A stretch of 64,000 bases of DNA from an uncultured Acidobacteriota bacterium (GTDB taxonomy: Bacteria; Acidobacteriota; Thermoanaerobaculia; UBA5066; Gp7-AA6), in assembly GCA_963782815.1 (NCBI GenBank), contig CAWALG010000041.1, positions 184,310 to 248,309 of the forward strand, written 5' to 3'. Positions 1 through 9,744 of this stretch are shown piece by piece. How positions within the stretch are numbered: the first letter of the stretch is position 1; each line of letters starts with the position of its first letter. The position numbers were made by a program, and so were the translations under genes. A model generated the notes under the pieces. That model was not told the origin of the DNA, searched no databases, and saw only the letters and a program-made list of their open reading frames with translations.

Positions 1-193
1 GGGAGTGGCGCTCGAGGACCTCGGCCGCGAGGGGGACGCTCTCGCGGCCTACGAGAACGCGGTCGCGCTCGATCCGCAGAACGCCGACGCGCATTACAAC
101 GCGGCCAACCTCTGCGAGAGGCTCGGCCGGCCCGCGGACGCGTTGCGCCACTTGAAGGAGTACCGCGCCCTGACACTCGGGCGGCCGCGATGA
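1..193 (+). CDS. TPR-repeat protein, C-terminal fragment (start lies upstream of window)
   Basis: ORF 5..193 reads ...ALAAYENAVALDPQNADAHYNAANLCERLGRPADALRHLKEY, a canonical TPR helix pair; no start codon inside window. Confidence 0.45.
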   Translation, partial: GVALEDLGREGDALAAYENAVALDPQNADAHYNAANLCERLGRPADALRHLKEYRALTLGRPR

Positions 194-233
194 GGTGGCA
201 GGTGGTAGGTGGTAGGTGGTAGGTGGTAGGGTT
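193..233. repeat. Tandem heptamer array (GGTAGGT)x5, single arm of the GGTAGGT hairpin-repeat family
   Basis: gaggtggcaggtggtaggtggtaggtggtaggtggtaggg read directly; same unit as hairpins at 32303, 35516, 52856. Confidence 0.8.
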
Positions 234-260
234 TGACAATTGGACGAGGGGAGGTCGCGC

Positions 261-1593
261 ATGGCGTTCCGCCGCTTTGTCCTGATCCTGACAGTCGTTG
301 TCCTCTTCGGCCAGCCGCTCGCGGCGCAGAGCTTCAACCTGAGAGACCTCCTGACGAACTTCTTCCGGCAGGGCATTACCCTCGCCGAGCCTCCGGCGGG
401 CTCTCCCTTTCCCAGCCATGCGCACCACTTCGTCGGAGACGCGTCGCTCGTTCCTCTCGAGCAGTTGAACAAGGAGCTGGCGACCCAGCTCTCGACGTTC
501 CCGCTCGCTTCTTCGGCCGGAGGGTTCGCCTACCGTCTCGACCCGGCGCTCGGCGTCTTCACGCGCGTCACCGACAGCTTCGGACCGATCTACACGGAGC
601 GCGCCGACACAAACGGGAAGGGGAAGTTCGCGATGGGCCTGAACTTCAGCTATTTCTCCTTCAACCGGATCGACGACATCAGCCTGCGCACCTCCGGCGT
701 GCAGATCGTCTTGACTCACCAGGATCTGCCCCCGCGGGCTGCTGCCTGCGTCCCTTCTTCGAGGGGGACGTCATCGACGACGAAGACGTTTCTCAAGATC
801 CAGACCGACATCACGGCCTTCACGCTGAGCTACGGCGTGACGGACCGCCTCGACGTTGGAGCGGCGATTCCCGTCGTCAAGCGTGAAGATCGAGGCGCAG
901 ACGGAGGCGACGATCAACAAGCTCGCGACCGGCGGCAATCCGCGACCGTCGGGATCCACAAGTTCCCCAACGGCGAGGACAGCGAGACGTTCCAGGAGTC
1001 CGGGAGCGCCTCGGGGCTGGGCGACGTGGTCCTGCGCGCCAAGTACCGCGCGATTTCGGGCGACACCGCGGCGAATGGCGTTCGGGCTGGACGCGAGGCT
1101 GCCGACCGGCGCAGGAGCTCGATCTGCTCGGCACGGGAGTCACCCAGATCAAGGGCTTCCTGATCGGGTCCGCGCACTTCGGGACGTTCTCCCCCCACGT
1201 CAACGCCGGCTACTCGTGGTCGAGCCGGAACGGAGACGATTCCCGACCAGATCGATTACGCGGCCGGGTTCGACTGGGCGCTGAACCCGCGAGTGACCTT
1301 CATCGTGGACGCGCTGGGCCGGACACTGCGCAACAGCCAGGTGCTGCGGGAGCTCGACACGACCTTCGAGTACAACACGAACCCGGCCACGGACCCGGTG
1401 GACCTGCATACCGCGACGTTGAAGCAGCTCGTCGCGACGGAACAGGACTCGACCAGCTTCCTCGGCTCCGTGGGCTTCAAGATCAACCCGGTGGGGAACC
1501 TCCTGATCACGGTCAACGGTCTCTTCAACCTGAACAACCGCGGTCTCCAGGCCCGGTTCTCGCCGCTCGATGGGGCTGGACTACAGCTTCTAG
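261..1593 (+). CDS. Outer-membrane beta-barrel protein (MetA-pathway/phenol-degradation-like OMP family), multiply frameshifted
   Basis: ATG at 261 preceded by gaggggagg. Signal peptide MAFRRFVLILTVVVLFGQPLAAQ. Beta-strand-like alternating segments. C-terminal ...GLDYSF-stop ending in aromatic F as in OMP barrels. The reading frame switches at least 5 times (frames 0/1/2 between about 886, 960, 1085, 1115, 1290, 1560). Confidence 0.5.
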
Positions 1594-1606
1594 GCCTCTC
1601 CGGAAC

Positions 1607-3736
1607 CTATCCTCCCAGTCTCCTGGTGATGACCCAGGCGTCGCCGCGCTTTTCCAGCGTGATCACGCGGTTGTTGACGGCGTGCTGCTCGGTCCCGATC
1701 TGGGGGAGAGCGGCGCGCTTTTCCAGGGCGCGTACGACGGCCGTCTTTCCGCCCGGCGACAGCTCGATCTTCTGGATCTCGAGCTCGAGCGTCTGGGAGC
1801 GAAGCTGCTCGAACGCCGCGCGCACCCGGGCCTTGTCGACGGCGGGATAGACGCGCGAATAGAGATCGGCGTCGAGAGTCGATTGCGCCTTCTCGTACAG
1901 TCCGAGGGCCTCGCGAATCCTGTCTTCGTCGGTGGCCCGCTCGCCGTGCGGAACCGCTGCCGGGACCGGCGCCGCTGTCGCCGTCCGGAGCGGCGCCGGG
2001 GACGCCGTCGGCGGGAGAGCCGCCGCGGCCGGAGGTTGGGCGTGAATGGTCGGAGCGGGGAGCGCGGCGGTTCTTTCCGCAACGGTCGGCTTCTCGACCG
2101 GATGCGCGCGCGTCCACTCCTCCGCCCTGGCGAACGAATCGCGGCCGGCGTCGAAAGCCGCGGCGGCGGCGGCGAACTCGCCCCGCGAGAACAGGTCGCG
2201 CCCCTCCTTCTCCTTGCTCGCGCCGAAGTCATACAACGCGGCGACCCGTTCGGGCGCCTTCGCCCGTTCGGCAAGCCGGCGGGCGGCCGCGGCCTGCGAG
2301 CGGGCCTGTTCCGCGTCCCTGCGTTGCCGGCGCGTTGGCTCCTCGGGGCGGCGGGAGCGGGTGTCTCAACCGCAGGGGCCGCGGGTTGGGGAAGAACGGC
2401 CGGCGATTCCGCGGCCGCGGTTGGTTGCGATTCGGGAGTGGCGGGAGGCGGAGCCGCCACCGCGGTGTCTTTGCCCGGCGTCCGTGCCGGCGCGGGAGCG
2501 GGAACGGGCGCCTTCGGCGCCGGGCGCGGAAGGGCGACGAAATACAGCGAAGGCCGCTGCCGCCAGGAGGGAGGCCGCGACGGCGGCTCCGGCGAGGAGC
2601 CGGCTCCCTTTCGGCGGCCTCTTCAGGGGCTGCGTGTCGATCTGGGTCGTGCCCGGCGGAGGGAGCGCGCCCTCGGCCGGCGGAGCCGGGCGACCTCGCC
2701 GCCGGCGGAGGGAAAGAGCGTGTCGCGCGAGGGGTGAGGCGTGGATGCCGCGACGAACTGCCGGTCCAGCCGGTCCTGGACGCTCGGCGTCACGGTCGGC
2801 TCCGACGCGGGCGAAGGAAGCACGCGGAGCTTCGAGATGATCTGGTCCGTGTCGTCCAGGTCTTCGGAAACGGCGAAGCGCTGCTGGAGGAGAACGACCT
2901 CGCGGTCGAATTCTTCGGCGGATGCGAAGCGGTCTTCCCTCCTCTTCTGGAGCGCCTTCAGGAGGGCTTCCCGCACCTCGGGCGGGACCTTCGAGTCCGG
3001 GTCGGTCCGGGAGAAGGGGAGCGGCGAATCGAAGAGATGCGCCCGCAGCAGCTCGCTCGGGCTCTCGCCCACGAAGGGGTGGACGCCGGTCAGAAGCTCG
3101 TAGAGGACGACGCCCGAGCGCGTAGAGGTCGCATCGCCCGTCCAGTTTCTCTCCGGCGGGGAGCGAGCCGAACTGCTCCGGGGAGGCGTACTTGAGCTTC
3201 CCGAGGAAGACGCCCGTGGTCGTCATCTCGCCCGGGCGGTCGAGAGTCTTGGCGATGCCGAGGTCGATCAGCTTGACGAGCGGCTTCCTGTCTTCGTCGT
3301 GGGTGAGCATCAGGTTGTCGGGAGCGATGTCCCGGTGCACGACGTTCTTGCGGTGCAGGTAGCCCAGGGCGAGGAGGGTCTGGTGAGCGACCTCGAGCGA
3401 GAGCGCGATCCCGGGCGGACCCTGGCGTTTCAGGAGGTCGGCCAGGTTGACGCCGTCGATGTATTCCATGACGAGGTAGGCCTTCCCCTCCTCGTCCAGC
3501 GCGAAGTCATGGATCGTGCCGATGTTGGGGTGTTTCAGCCTCGTGGCCGTCCGCGCCTCTTCGACGAAGCGCCTCTTCATCTCCTCGCTGGACAGCGCCT
3601 GGGGCTTCAAGACCTTGACGACGCGGATCTCGTCCAGGAGCCGGTGGCGGACCCGGTAGATGGTCCCCATGCCGCCCTCGCGGAGCTTGCCGAGGATCTC
3701 GTACTTCCCCTCGATCAATGTTCCGGGCAGCTGCAA
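1607..3736 (-). CDS. Membrane Ser/Thr protein kinase (Hanks-type) with TM helix, Pro/Ala-rich linker and C-terminal NTF2/SnoaL-like extracytoplasmic domain; frameshifted
   Basis: TTG at 3736 with GGAGG 12 nt upstream. Kinase motifs GKLREGGMGTIYRV, VVKVLKP, HRDIAPDNLML, DLGIAK, KYASPEQ, then the C-lobe continues in another frame (ESPSELLRAHLFDSPLPF...RFASAEEF). TM helix RLLAGAAVAASLLAAAAFAVF, linker AAPPPATPESQPTAAAESPAVLPQPAAPAVETPAPAAP, C-terminal domain ...ITLEKRGDAWVITRRL. At least 4 frame changes (about 3075, 2720, 2460, 2360). Confidence 0.65.
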
Positions 3737-4028
3737 GATCGGACGAAGGCCTCCGCGGGGATTGTACCGTCGCTGCGCGCTTGCGCGGGGTCTTCGCCCG
3801 TTGGGCGCACCGGCGAGCGGCTCGGCCGGATGCGGCCTCGACCGTTCGCCTGACCCCGCGCAAGCGCTCCGCTCCCGCGGCGGGAGGCTCCTCCCTCGCG
3901 TTCGCTCGGGAGACTCCTCCCGCCGCGAACGTTGGCAGTAGGTCGGTGATCTATTGGATGTGCCGTTGTGGGGATGTGAAGGAAAGCTCGCCACCCTCGA
4001 TTCGAGGTTGTCGTGCGGGGCGGTTACA

Positions 4029-4971
4029 ATGTCCGAAATGGACGCGACATCGTCGAGAGAGACGGCGCCGGCCGCCGCGGACTCCGCTCTGCGCACGCTC
4101 TCCGCGCTTTTTGTGTCGTTCGCCCCGCGCAGTGGGTCAAGAACCTGGTGCTGCCGCTGCCCTTCCTGTTCGGGCGGGGCCTGGGGGAGGTCCGGGGATG
4201 GGTTCTCGCCGCCTCCGGCTTCGCCGTTTTCTGCGTCATTTCGAGCGCGATCTACCTCGTCAACGACGTCAAGGACCGCGAGCGCGACCGGGCGCACCCG
4301 GTGAAACGGCGGCGGCCGCTCGCGACCGGAGAGCTCAAGGTCGGGACGGCCCTGACGGCGGCCGCCGTGCTCCTGGCGGCCGGCCTTCCCGCCGCCTTTC
4401 TCCTGAGCCCCGGGTTCGGGCAGTGGTGCCTCTTCTACGCGGCGCTCATGGTCGCCTACTCCCTGTGGCTGAAGCACGTTCCGTTCCTGGAGGCCCTGAT
4501 CGTGGCGGCGGGGCTTCCCCTGCGGGCGCTCGCGGGGGCGGCGCTCGCGCAGGTGCCGGCATCTCTGTTCCTCATGGGATGCGCGTACCTGCTGGCGCTC
4601 TTCCTCGTCGTCGGCAAGCGGCAGTGGGAGCTTCAGAACGCGGGCAACATCTCATCGGCCGAGCACCGCGCGGTGCTCGCCACCTACGGGGCGAGGGGCT
4701 CGACTTCCTGTTCGTGACGTCCGCCCTCACGGTCGTGGCGGGCTACGCCGCGTACAGCGTCATCCCCTCGACACTCCAGCGGCATGGCGGCCGCTCCTTC
4801 GCGCCGACGATCCCGTTCGTGATCCTGGGCGTGGCGCGCTATATCCGACTGGTTTACCGGCGCGGGGGAGGGGGAAATCCCACCCGGGCGCTCCTGATCG
4901 ACGACCCGTGGCTGCTCTTGATCGTCGTGGGATGGGTTCTCACGGCGGGAGGAATCATTTATGGCCGATGA
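4029..4971 (+). CDS. UbiA-family decaprenyl-phosphate phosphoribosyltransferase (DPPR synthase, Rv3806c-like); 2 frameshifts
   Basis: RPAQWVKNLVLPLPFLF and YLVNDVKDRERDRAHPVKRRRPLATGEL match the RPxQWVKN / NDxxDxExDRxHPxKRxRPIAxG signature of the DPPR-synthase branch of UbiA. C-terminus EGLDFLFVTSALTVVAGYAAYSV...IIYGR in another frame. Shifts near 4110 and 4700. Confidence 0.7.
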
Positions 4972-5713
4972 GAAGGCTCCCCGCTTCGGCGTGGCATTCC
5001 TCGCCTACAACGAGGAGGAGCTGATCGCGAAGACGGTCGAGGAGGCCGTCACGGCGCTGTCGGCCGTCCCGGGGCTCGACTGGCGCGTCCTGGTCGTGAA
5101 CGACGGCAGCCGCGACAGGACGGGGGAGATCGCCGAAGGGCTGGCGAAGAAGGACCCGCGGGTCTCCGTCGTGCACCACCAGGGAAACAAGGGTTACGCC
5201 GTGGCGACGGAGACGGCCCTGCGGAACACGCCGGGAGAGGTCGTCATGGTCGTGGACGGCGACGGGCAGCACACGATGGCCGACGCTCCGCGCTTCCTCG
5301 CGGCGATCGACGAGGGCGCCGACGTGGTCTTCGGCTGGAAGAAGGAGCGCCACGATCCTCTGCCGCGCCTGGTCCTCTCCAAGGGCCTGAACACCCTTTC
5401 GCGCTGGATCCTGGGCTCCCCCCTCCACGACATCAACGGCGGCTGCCGCGCCTTCCGCCGGGAGGTCGCGCGCAAGCTCGAGATCCGCCACCGGATCAAT
5501 TTCGTGGGGGACGAGATCTTCGCGCGCTGCCGGATCGCGGGGTGGAAGGTCTCGGAGGTCGTCGTGCGCCACTTCCCGCGCGAGGCGGGGCAGAGCATCC
5601 ACCGTCCCTGGAAGATGCTCGGCACGATCAGCCGCGTCCTGCGGTATCTCTTCGAGCTGCGCGAGGAGATCCGCCGCGCGGACGCGTTGAAGCGGGTCGT
5701 GGCCGCGCGATGA
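4961..5713 (+). CDS. GT2-family polyprenol-phosphate glycosyltransferase (DPM1/ArnC/GtrB-like)
   Basis: Intact 250 aa ORF. VAFLAYNEEELI...VVNDGSRDRT...VDGDGQH GT-A fold motifs. Start overlaps upstream gene by 11 nt and stop overlaps next start (ATGA at 5710). Confidence 0.8.
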   Translation: MADEKAPRFGVAFLAYNEEELIAKTVEEAVTALSAVPGLDWRVLVVNDGSRDRTGEIAEGLAKKDPRVSVVHHQGNKGYAVATETALRNTPGEVVMVVDGDGQHTMADAPRFLAAIDEGADVVFGWKKERHDPLPRLVLSKGLNTLSRWILGSPLHDINGGCRAFRREVARKLEIRHRINFVGDEIFARCRIAGWKVSEVVVRHFPREAGQSIHRPWKMLGTISRVLRYLFELREEIRRADALKRVVAAR

Positions 5714-7070
5714 AAGGAACCGTCATCCTCGGCGCGGGGCCGACGGGCCTCGGCGCCGCATACCGCCTCCGCGAGCGCGGCGAGGAGGATTTCGAGATCT
5801 TCGAGCGATCCGACCGGGTCGGCGGACTCGCCACGAGCTTCCGCGACCCGAAGGGGTACACGTGGGACGTCTCGGGCCACATCATCTTCTCGGGCTACCC
5901 CTACTTCAACGCATTCCTCGAAAAGGTCCTCGGCAAGGACGGGATGCGCCGCATCGACCGGGAGAGCTGGATCAAGTTCGAGGACCGCTACGTGCGCTAC
6001 CCCTTCCAGAATCACCTCTCCTCCCTGCCGGAGGAGGCGATGCTCGAGTGCCTCGTCGGCCTGATCGAATCCCAGACGATCGACAGGGACCGCGCCTTCC
6101 GCAACTTCGAGGAATGGGTGCTGGCGAAGTTCGGCGCGGGCGTCTCCAAGCACTTCATGGTCCCCTACAACCTGAAGGTCTGGTCCACGCCCTTGAACCG
6201 CATGGGCTTCTACTGGATCGCCGAGCGGGTCAGCGTCGTGGACTGGAAGAAGGCGCTGGACTCGACGCTGCGCCCGAAGGTGACCGACTGGGGTCCCAAC
6301 GCGACGTTCGGATACCCGGCCACGCAGGGCACCCTGGGGCTGTGGCTCGCGCCGCTCCCCTTCATCGGGGAAGAGAAGGTCCATTACCGCAAGCGCGCGG
6401 TCTGCGTGGACGAGGAGAAGCGCGAGATCGAGTTCGCGGACGGATCGAAGGCGCGCTACGAGCGGCTCCTGACGACGCTGCCGCTCGACGCGTTCGTCCC
6501 GCGCCTGAAGCACGCGCCGGAGCACGTGCGGCAGGCGCGCGAAGACGCTCCTCTTCAACCGGCTCTTCTCCGTCGGCGTCGGCCTGAAACGCCCCTCGCC
6601 TTCGACGAAGAACTGGATCTACTTCCCCAATCCGAAGACCCCGTTCTACCGGATGACCTATCTCTCCAACTACTCGCCCGACGTCGTGCCGGGCGGAGAC
6701 ACCTCCCGGTACTGCTCGATCCTGACGGAGACGACGTACTCGGGTTTCCGACCGCTTCCCGAAGGGAGACTTCGTGAAGGCGGTCCTCGACGGCCTCGTA
6801 GCCGAAGGGATCCTGGAGCCCTCGGACCTGCCGCTCGTCGAGTCCACCTATCTGATCCACGCCGGGCACGCCTACCCGATCCCCAGCGTGGACCGGGACG
6901 AGGCGCTCGCCGTGATCCACGCGTACCTCGAGCCGCGGCAGATCTTCTCGCGCGGCCGTTTCGGCGCCTGGAAGTACGAGATCGGCAACCAGGACCACTC
7001 GCTGATGCAGGGCGTCGAGCTGGTGGACCGCTGGCTCGACGGCACCGAAGAAAAAGTCTTCCGCTCCTAG
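5710..7070 (+). CDS. FAD-dependent oxidoreductase, UDP-galactopyranose-mutase/amine-oxidase-like; 2 frameshifts
   Basis: MKGTVILGAGPTGLGAAYRL Rossmann GxGxxG. Body continues in frame 2 from about 6540 (KTLLFNRLFSVGVGLKRP...RMTYLSNYSPDVVPGGDTSRYCSILTETTY) and frame 0 from about 6760 (KAVLDGLVAEGIL...IHAGHAYPI...FGAWKYE). ATGA-coupled to the GT2 gene. Confidence 0.65.
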
Positions 7071-7097
7071 TTCGGGCGCCGGCTTCCCATTCTCGGA

Positions 7098-7180
7098 CCT
7101 GTCATCCCGAGGAGCAAAGCGACGAGGGATCTGCTCCGGGAAATCCGGAAGCCCGGAGCAGATCCTTCGCTTCGCTCAGG
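7098..7180. repeat. Palindromic repeat, family A (CCTGTCATCCTGAGCGAAGCGAAGGATCTGCTCC arms; translates to ...SFASLRMT... in spurious ORFs)
   Basis: cctgtcatcccgaggagcaaagcgacgagggatctgctccgg ... ccggagcagatccttcgcttcgctcaggatgacaggg. Copies also at 41855, 46773 (half) and 60036. Confidence 0.8.
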
Positions 7181-7201
7181 ATGACAGGGTTCGGAGCAAT
7201 G

Positions 7202-9744
7202 TTACTTTGCGACGGCGGAGCGGTCCCAGGTGAAGAGATGGTTCGTGCCGCGGTCCGAGACGGTGACGCGGCCGAAGACGTCGAGCACGATGCCGGTCGG
7301 CGCCTTGGTGTCCTTGTCGGGTTTCCAGGAGTGCTTCAAGACCCCGGAGGAGTCGTACTGCGCGATCCGGCCCGCCACGGAGTCGGTCACGAAGACGTTG
7401 CCGGCCGGGTCGATCGCGATGTAGGGCTCGGTATAGAAGTCCTTCCAGCCCGAGACCGGGAACTGCCGGAGGAACTTGCCTTCTCCGTCGAAGACCTGCA
7501 GGCGGTGATTGCCGGTGTCGCAGACCTAGATGTTCCCGGACGGATCCGCGGCGAGGCCGACGGGCTCGACGAACTGGCCGGGGCCGAGGCCGTTGCCGCC
7601 CCACTCGGAGAGCTTGTTGCCCTCCCGGTCGAACCGCACGATCCGCTTGTTGCCGGTGTCGGCCACGTAGAGGATGTCCTTGGAGGCGAGGATGGCGCGG
7701 GGTCCGAAGAAGCCCCTCTCCGTGTCGATGAAGGAGGCGACGAACTTCCCCTCGGGGTTGAAGTGCACGATGCGATGGTTCCAGGTGTCGGCGACCCAGA
7801 TCTCGCCCCTGGAGTCCACGTTCAAGCCGCAGGGGTCGTTCAACTGCCCGTTCTCCTGCCCCTTGGTGCCGAACTGCCGCACGAACTGGCCGTTGCCGTC
7901 GAAGACCTGGATGCGGGAGTTCTTGGTGTCCGCGACGTACAGGTTTCCGCGCGAGTCGGCCGCGAGGCCCCGCGGCTCCGCGAACTGGCCCGGCCCCGAG
8001 CCCTGTCCCCCCGACTCCTTGGCGGCCGGGATGACCGCGGCCTCGGAGGGATAGTCGCGCGCCGTCGTGTCCTCCACCTTGACAGTGATCGGCGCGAGCA
8101 GTCCGGTTCCCTCGTCCAGGTCCTTGCGGACGTAGAACATGGCGTCCTGCGACCCGATCGGGCTCCAGATCTCGTGGAAGATCCACCACTGCAGGAAATC
8201 CGAAAGCGTGGGCCGGGCGACGGCGCCGGGCTCGGGGGGCTGGGTCTTCTCGGGGAACCACCAGGCGCGGATCGGCACGCGCTTGGCGTTGTACCGGTCC
8301 GCGAGCTGCTTCTGGAGGGCGCCCTGGGGATCCCAGTCGGCCACGATGATCGGCGTCGAAGCGTCTTCGACGCGGCCGACCCAGCGCGTCGTGACGTTGC
8401 GCAGGTACCAGGTCAGCGGCCAGGTCGCCTCGCCCGCGACCGTGATCACCTGCTGTCCCGGCGGGGTGCGCAGCTTCGCCTTCTCCACGGATTCGAGCGC
8501 GCGCGTCAAGTCCCAGGTCGTCTGGACGTAGGCGAGCATCTCGGCGTGGCGGGGCTCCTTCTCGAGGTCGTAGGCGCCGTAGCGGAAACACGCGAGCAGC
8601 ATTCCTCCCGTGTTGAGGGCCAGGAGCACCGCGGCGATCGCGAGCGCGAGGCGCGAGCGCCGGTTGCCGCGGTCCTGCCACAGGTCGGCCAGGCCGATCG
8701 CGGCCAGGATCGTCAAGGGAAGGAGAGGGTGAACGGTCAGCCAGGGGACCTTCTCGCGGGCCCAGCCGTAGATCGCCAGCGACCCGATCGTCCAGAACAC
8801 GAGGAAACCGAAGAACGGATCGCGCCTGCGGACCCGGAACGCGAAGAACGCGGCGAAGAAGATGCCGGTCTCGTAATAGAAGAGCTGCGGGAAATAGTAG
8901 TACCAGGGGCCGGGAATGCGGGCGATCGCGTGCTGGCCCATCCAGTACTTGACCGCTTTCGGGATCGCCAGCCAGTCGCCGGGATACTTGCCGAAGGCCG
9001 AGTACATCAGCGCCCAGATGAAGAGGAAGACGACGCCCGCCGTGACGAGGGGAACGAAGTGCCGGCGGACCCACGCGACGGTCGAGCTCGCCGCGGCGCC
9101 GACCTTGCCGCCCAGAGAGCGCTCGAGAAAGACCCAGACGCCGAAGAGCACGAAGAGAACGCCCGTCATGTAGGCGTTTTCCTTGGTCACCCCCGCGAGC
9201 GCGAAGAGGACCGCCGCGGTCGTCAGCCAGCGCGCCTGTTCGGTCTCCAGGAAGTACCGGAACGCGAGGATCGTCCCGAGCGTGAAGACGAGCGAATAGA
9301 GGTCTTCCCGGATGAACCGGGAGAAGTACGCCATGTGCGGTGAGATCAGGATGAGCCCCGCGAAGACGGCCGCGGCCGGCTTGCCGATCCACCGCGCAGG
9401 GGCCAGGCGAAGCCGATGAGGATGAGCCCGAACACCGCGGGCAGGAAGCGCGCCGTCGCGTTGGTCACGTTGGGGAGGCCCACGATCTTGTAGACGAGCG
9501 CGTTGGCGTAGTAGAGGAAGGGGCCGTGGTAGGCGGGGTCGTACCGCCAGGTGCCGTCCTTGGCCAGCGTGTGGGACTGGAAGGCGTGAATGGACTCGTC
9601 GTGGTGGAGCGGCCGGTCCCCCAGCCGGTAGAACCGGGTGAAGAGGGCGAGGACGAGCACCGTCAGAATCAGAGGAAGACGGCCGGGTGCCCGCGCCCCC
9701 GCCGGTTGCGGCACGGCGCCGCCCTGTGTCTCCGAGTTGGTCAC
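7202..9744 (-). CDS. GT-C-like integral membrane protein (TIGR03663-like, PMT/ArnT superfamily N-terminus) fused to C-terminal NHL-repeat beta-propeller; 1 frameshift plus in-frame TAG
   Basis: N-terminus PLILTVLVLALFTRFYRLGDRPLHHDESIHAF (frame of 9744), continues RRWIGKPAAAVFAGLILISPHMAYFSRFIREDLYS after a shift near 9392. Five NHL repeats (GNLYVADTKNSRIQVFD, GEIWVADTWNHRIVHFN, ILYVADTGNKRIVRFD, GNI-stop-VCDTGNHRLQVFD, GNVFVTDSVAGRIAQYD). TAG at 7526-7528 sits where Tyr is conserved. Confidence 0.65.

Noticed and set aside
2363-2368. In-frame TGA between kinase ORF and C-terminal domain ORF as a recoding or selenocysteine site
   Set aside because: The segment just upstream of the TGA in that frame is junk, while another frame encodes a plausible Pro/Ala linker (MAAPPPATPESQ...). 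The stop is therefore most likely in a non-coding frame between two nearby frameshifts.
3737-4477. N-terminal 250 aa of ORF 2366..4477 as part of the kinase
   Set aside because: The region is antisense to the UbiA DPPR-synthase gene and translates to low-complexity G/R/E sequence. The kinase more plausibly starts at TTG 3736, which has a GGAGG Shine-Dalgarno.
7176-9392. 738-aa ORF on minus strand
   Set aside because: Arg/Gly/Pro-rich low-complexity translation with no domain-like segments. It is the out-of-frame shadow of the TIGR03663-like plus NHL gene in a 70% GC sequence.
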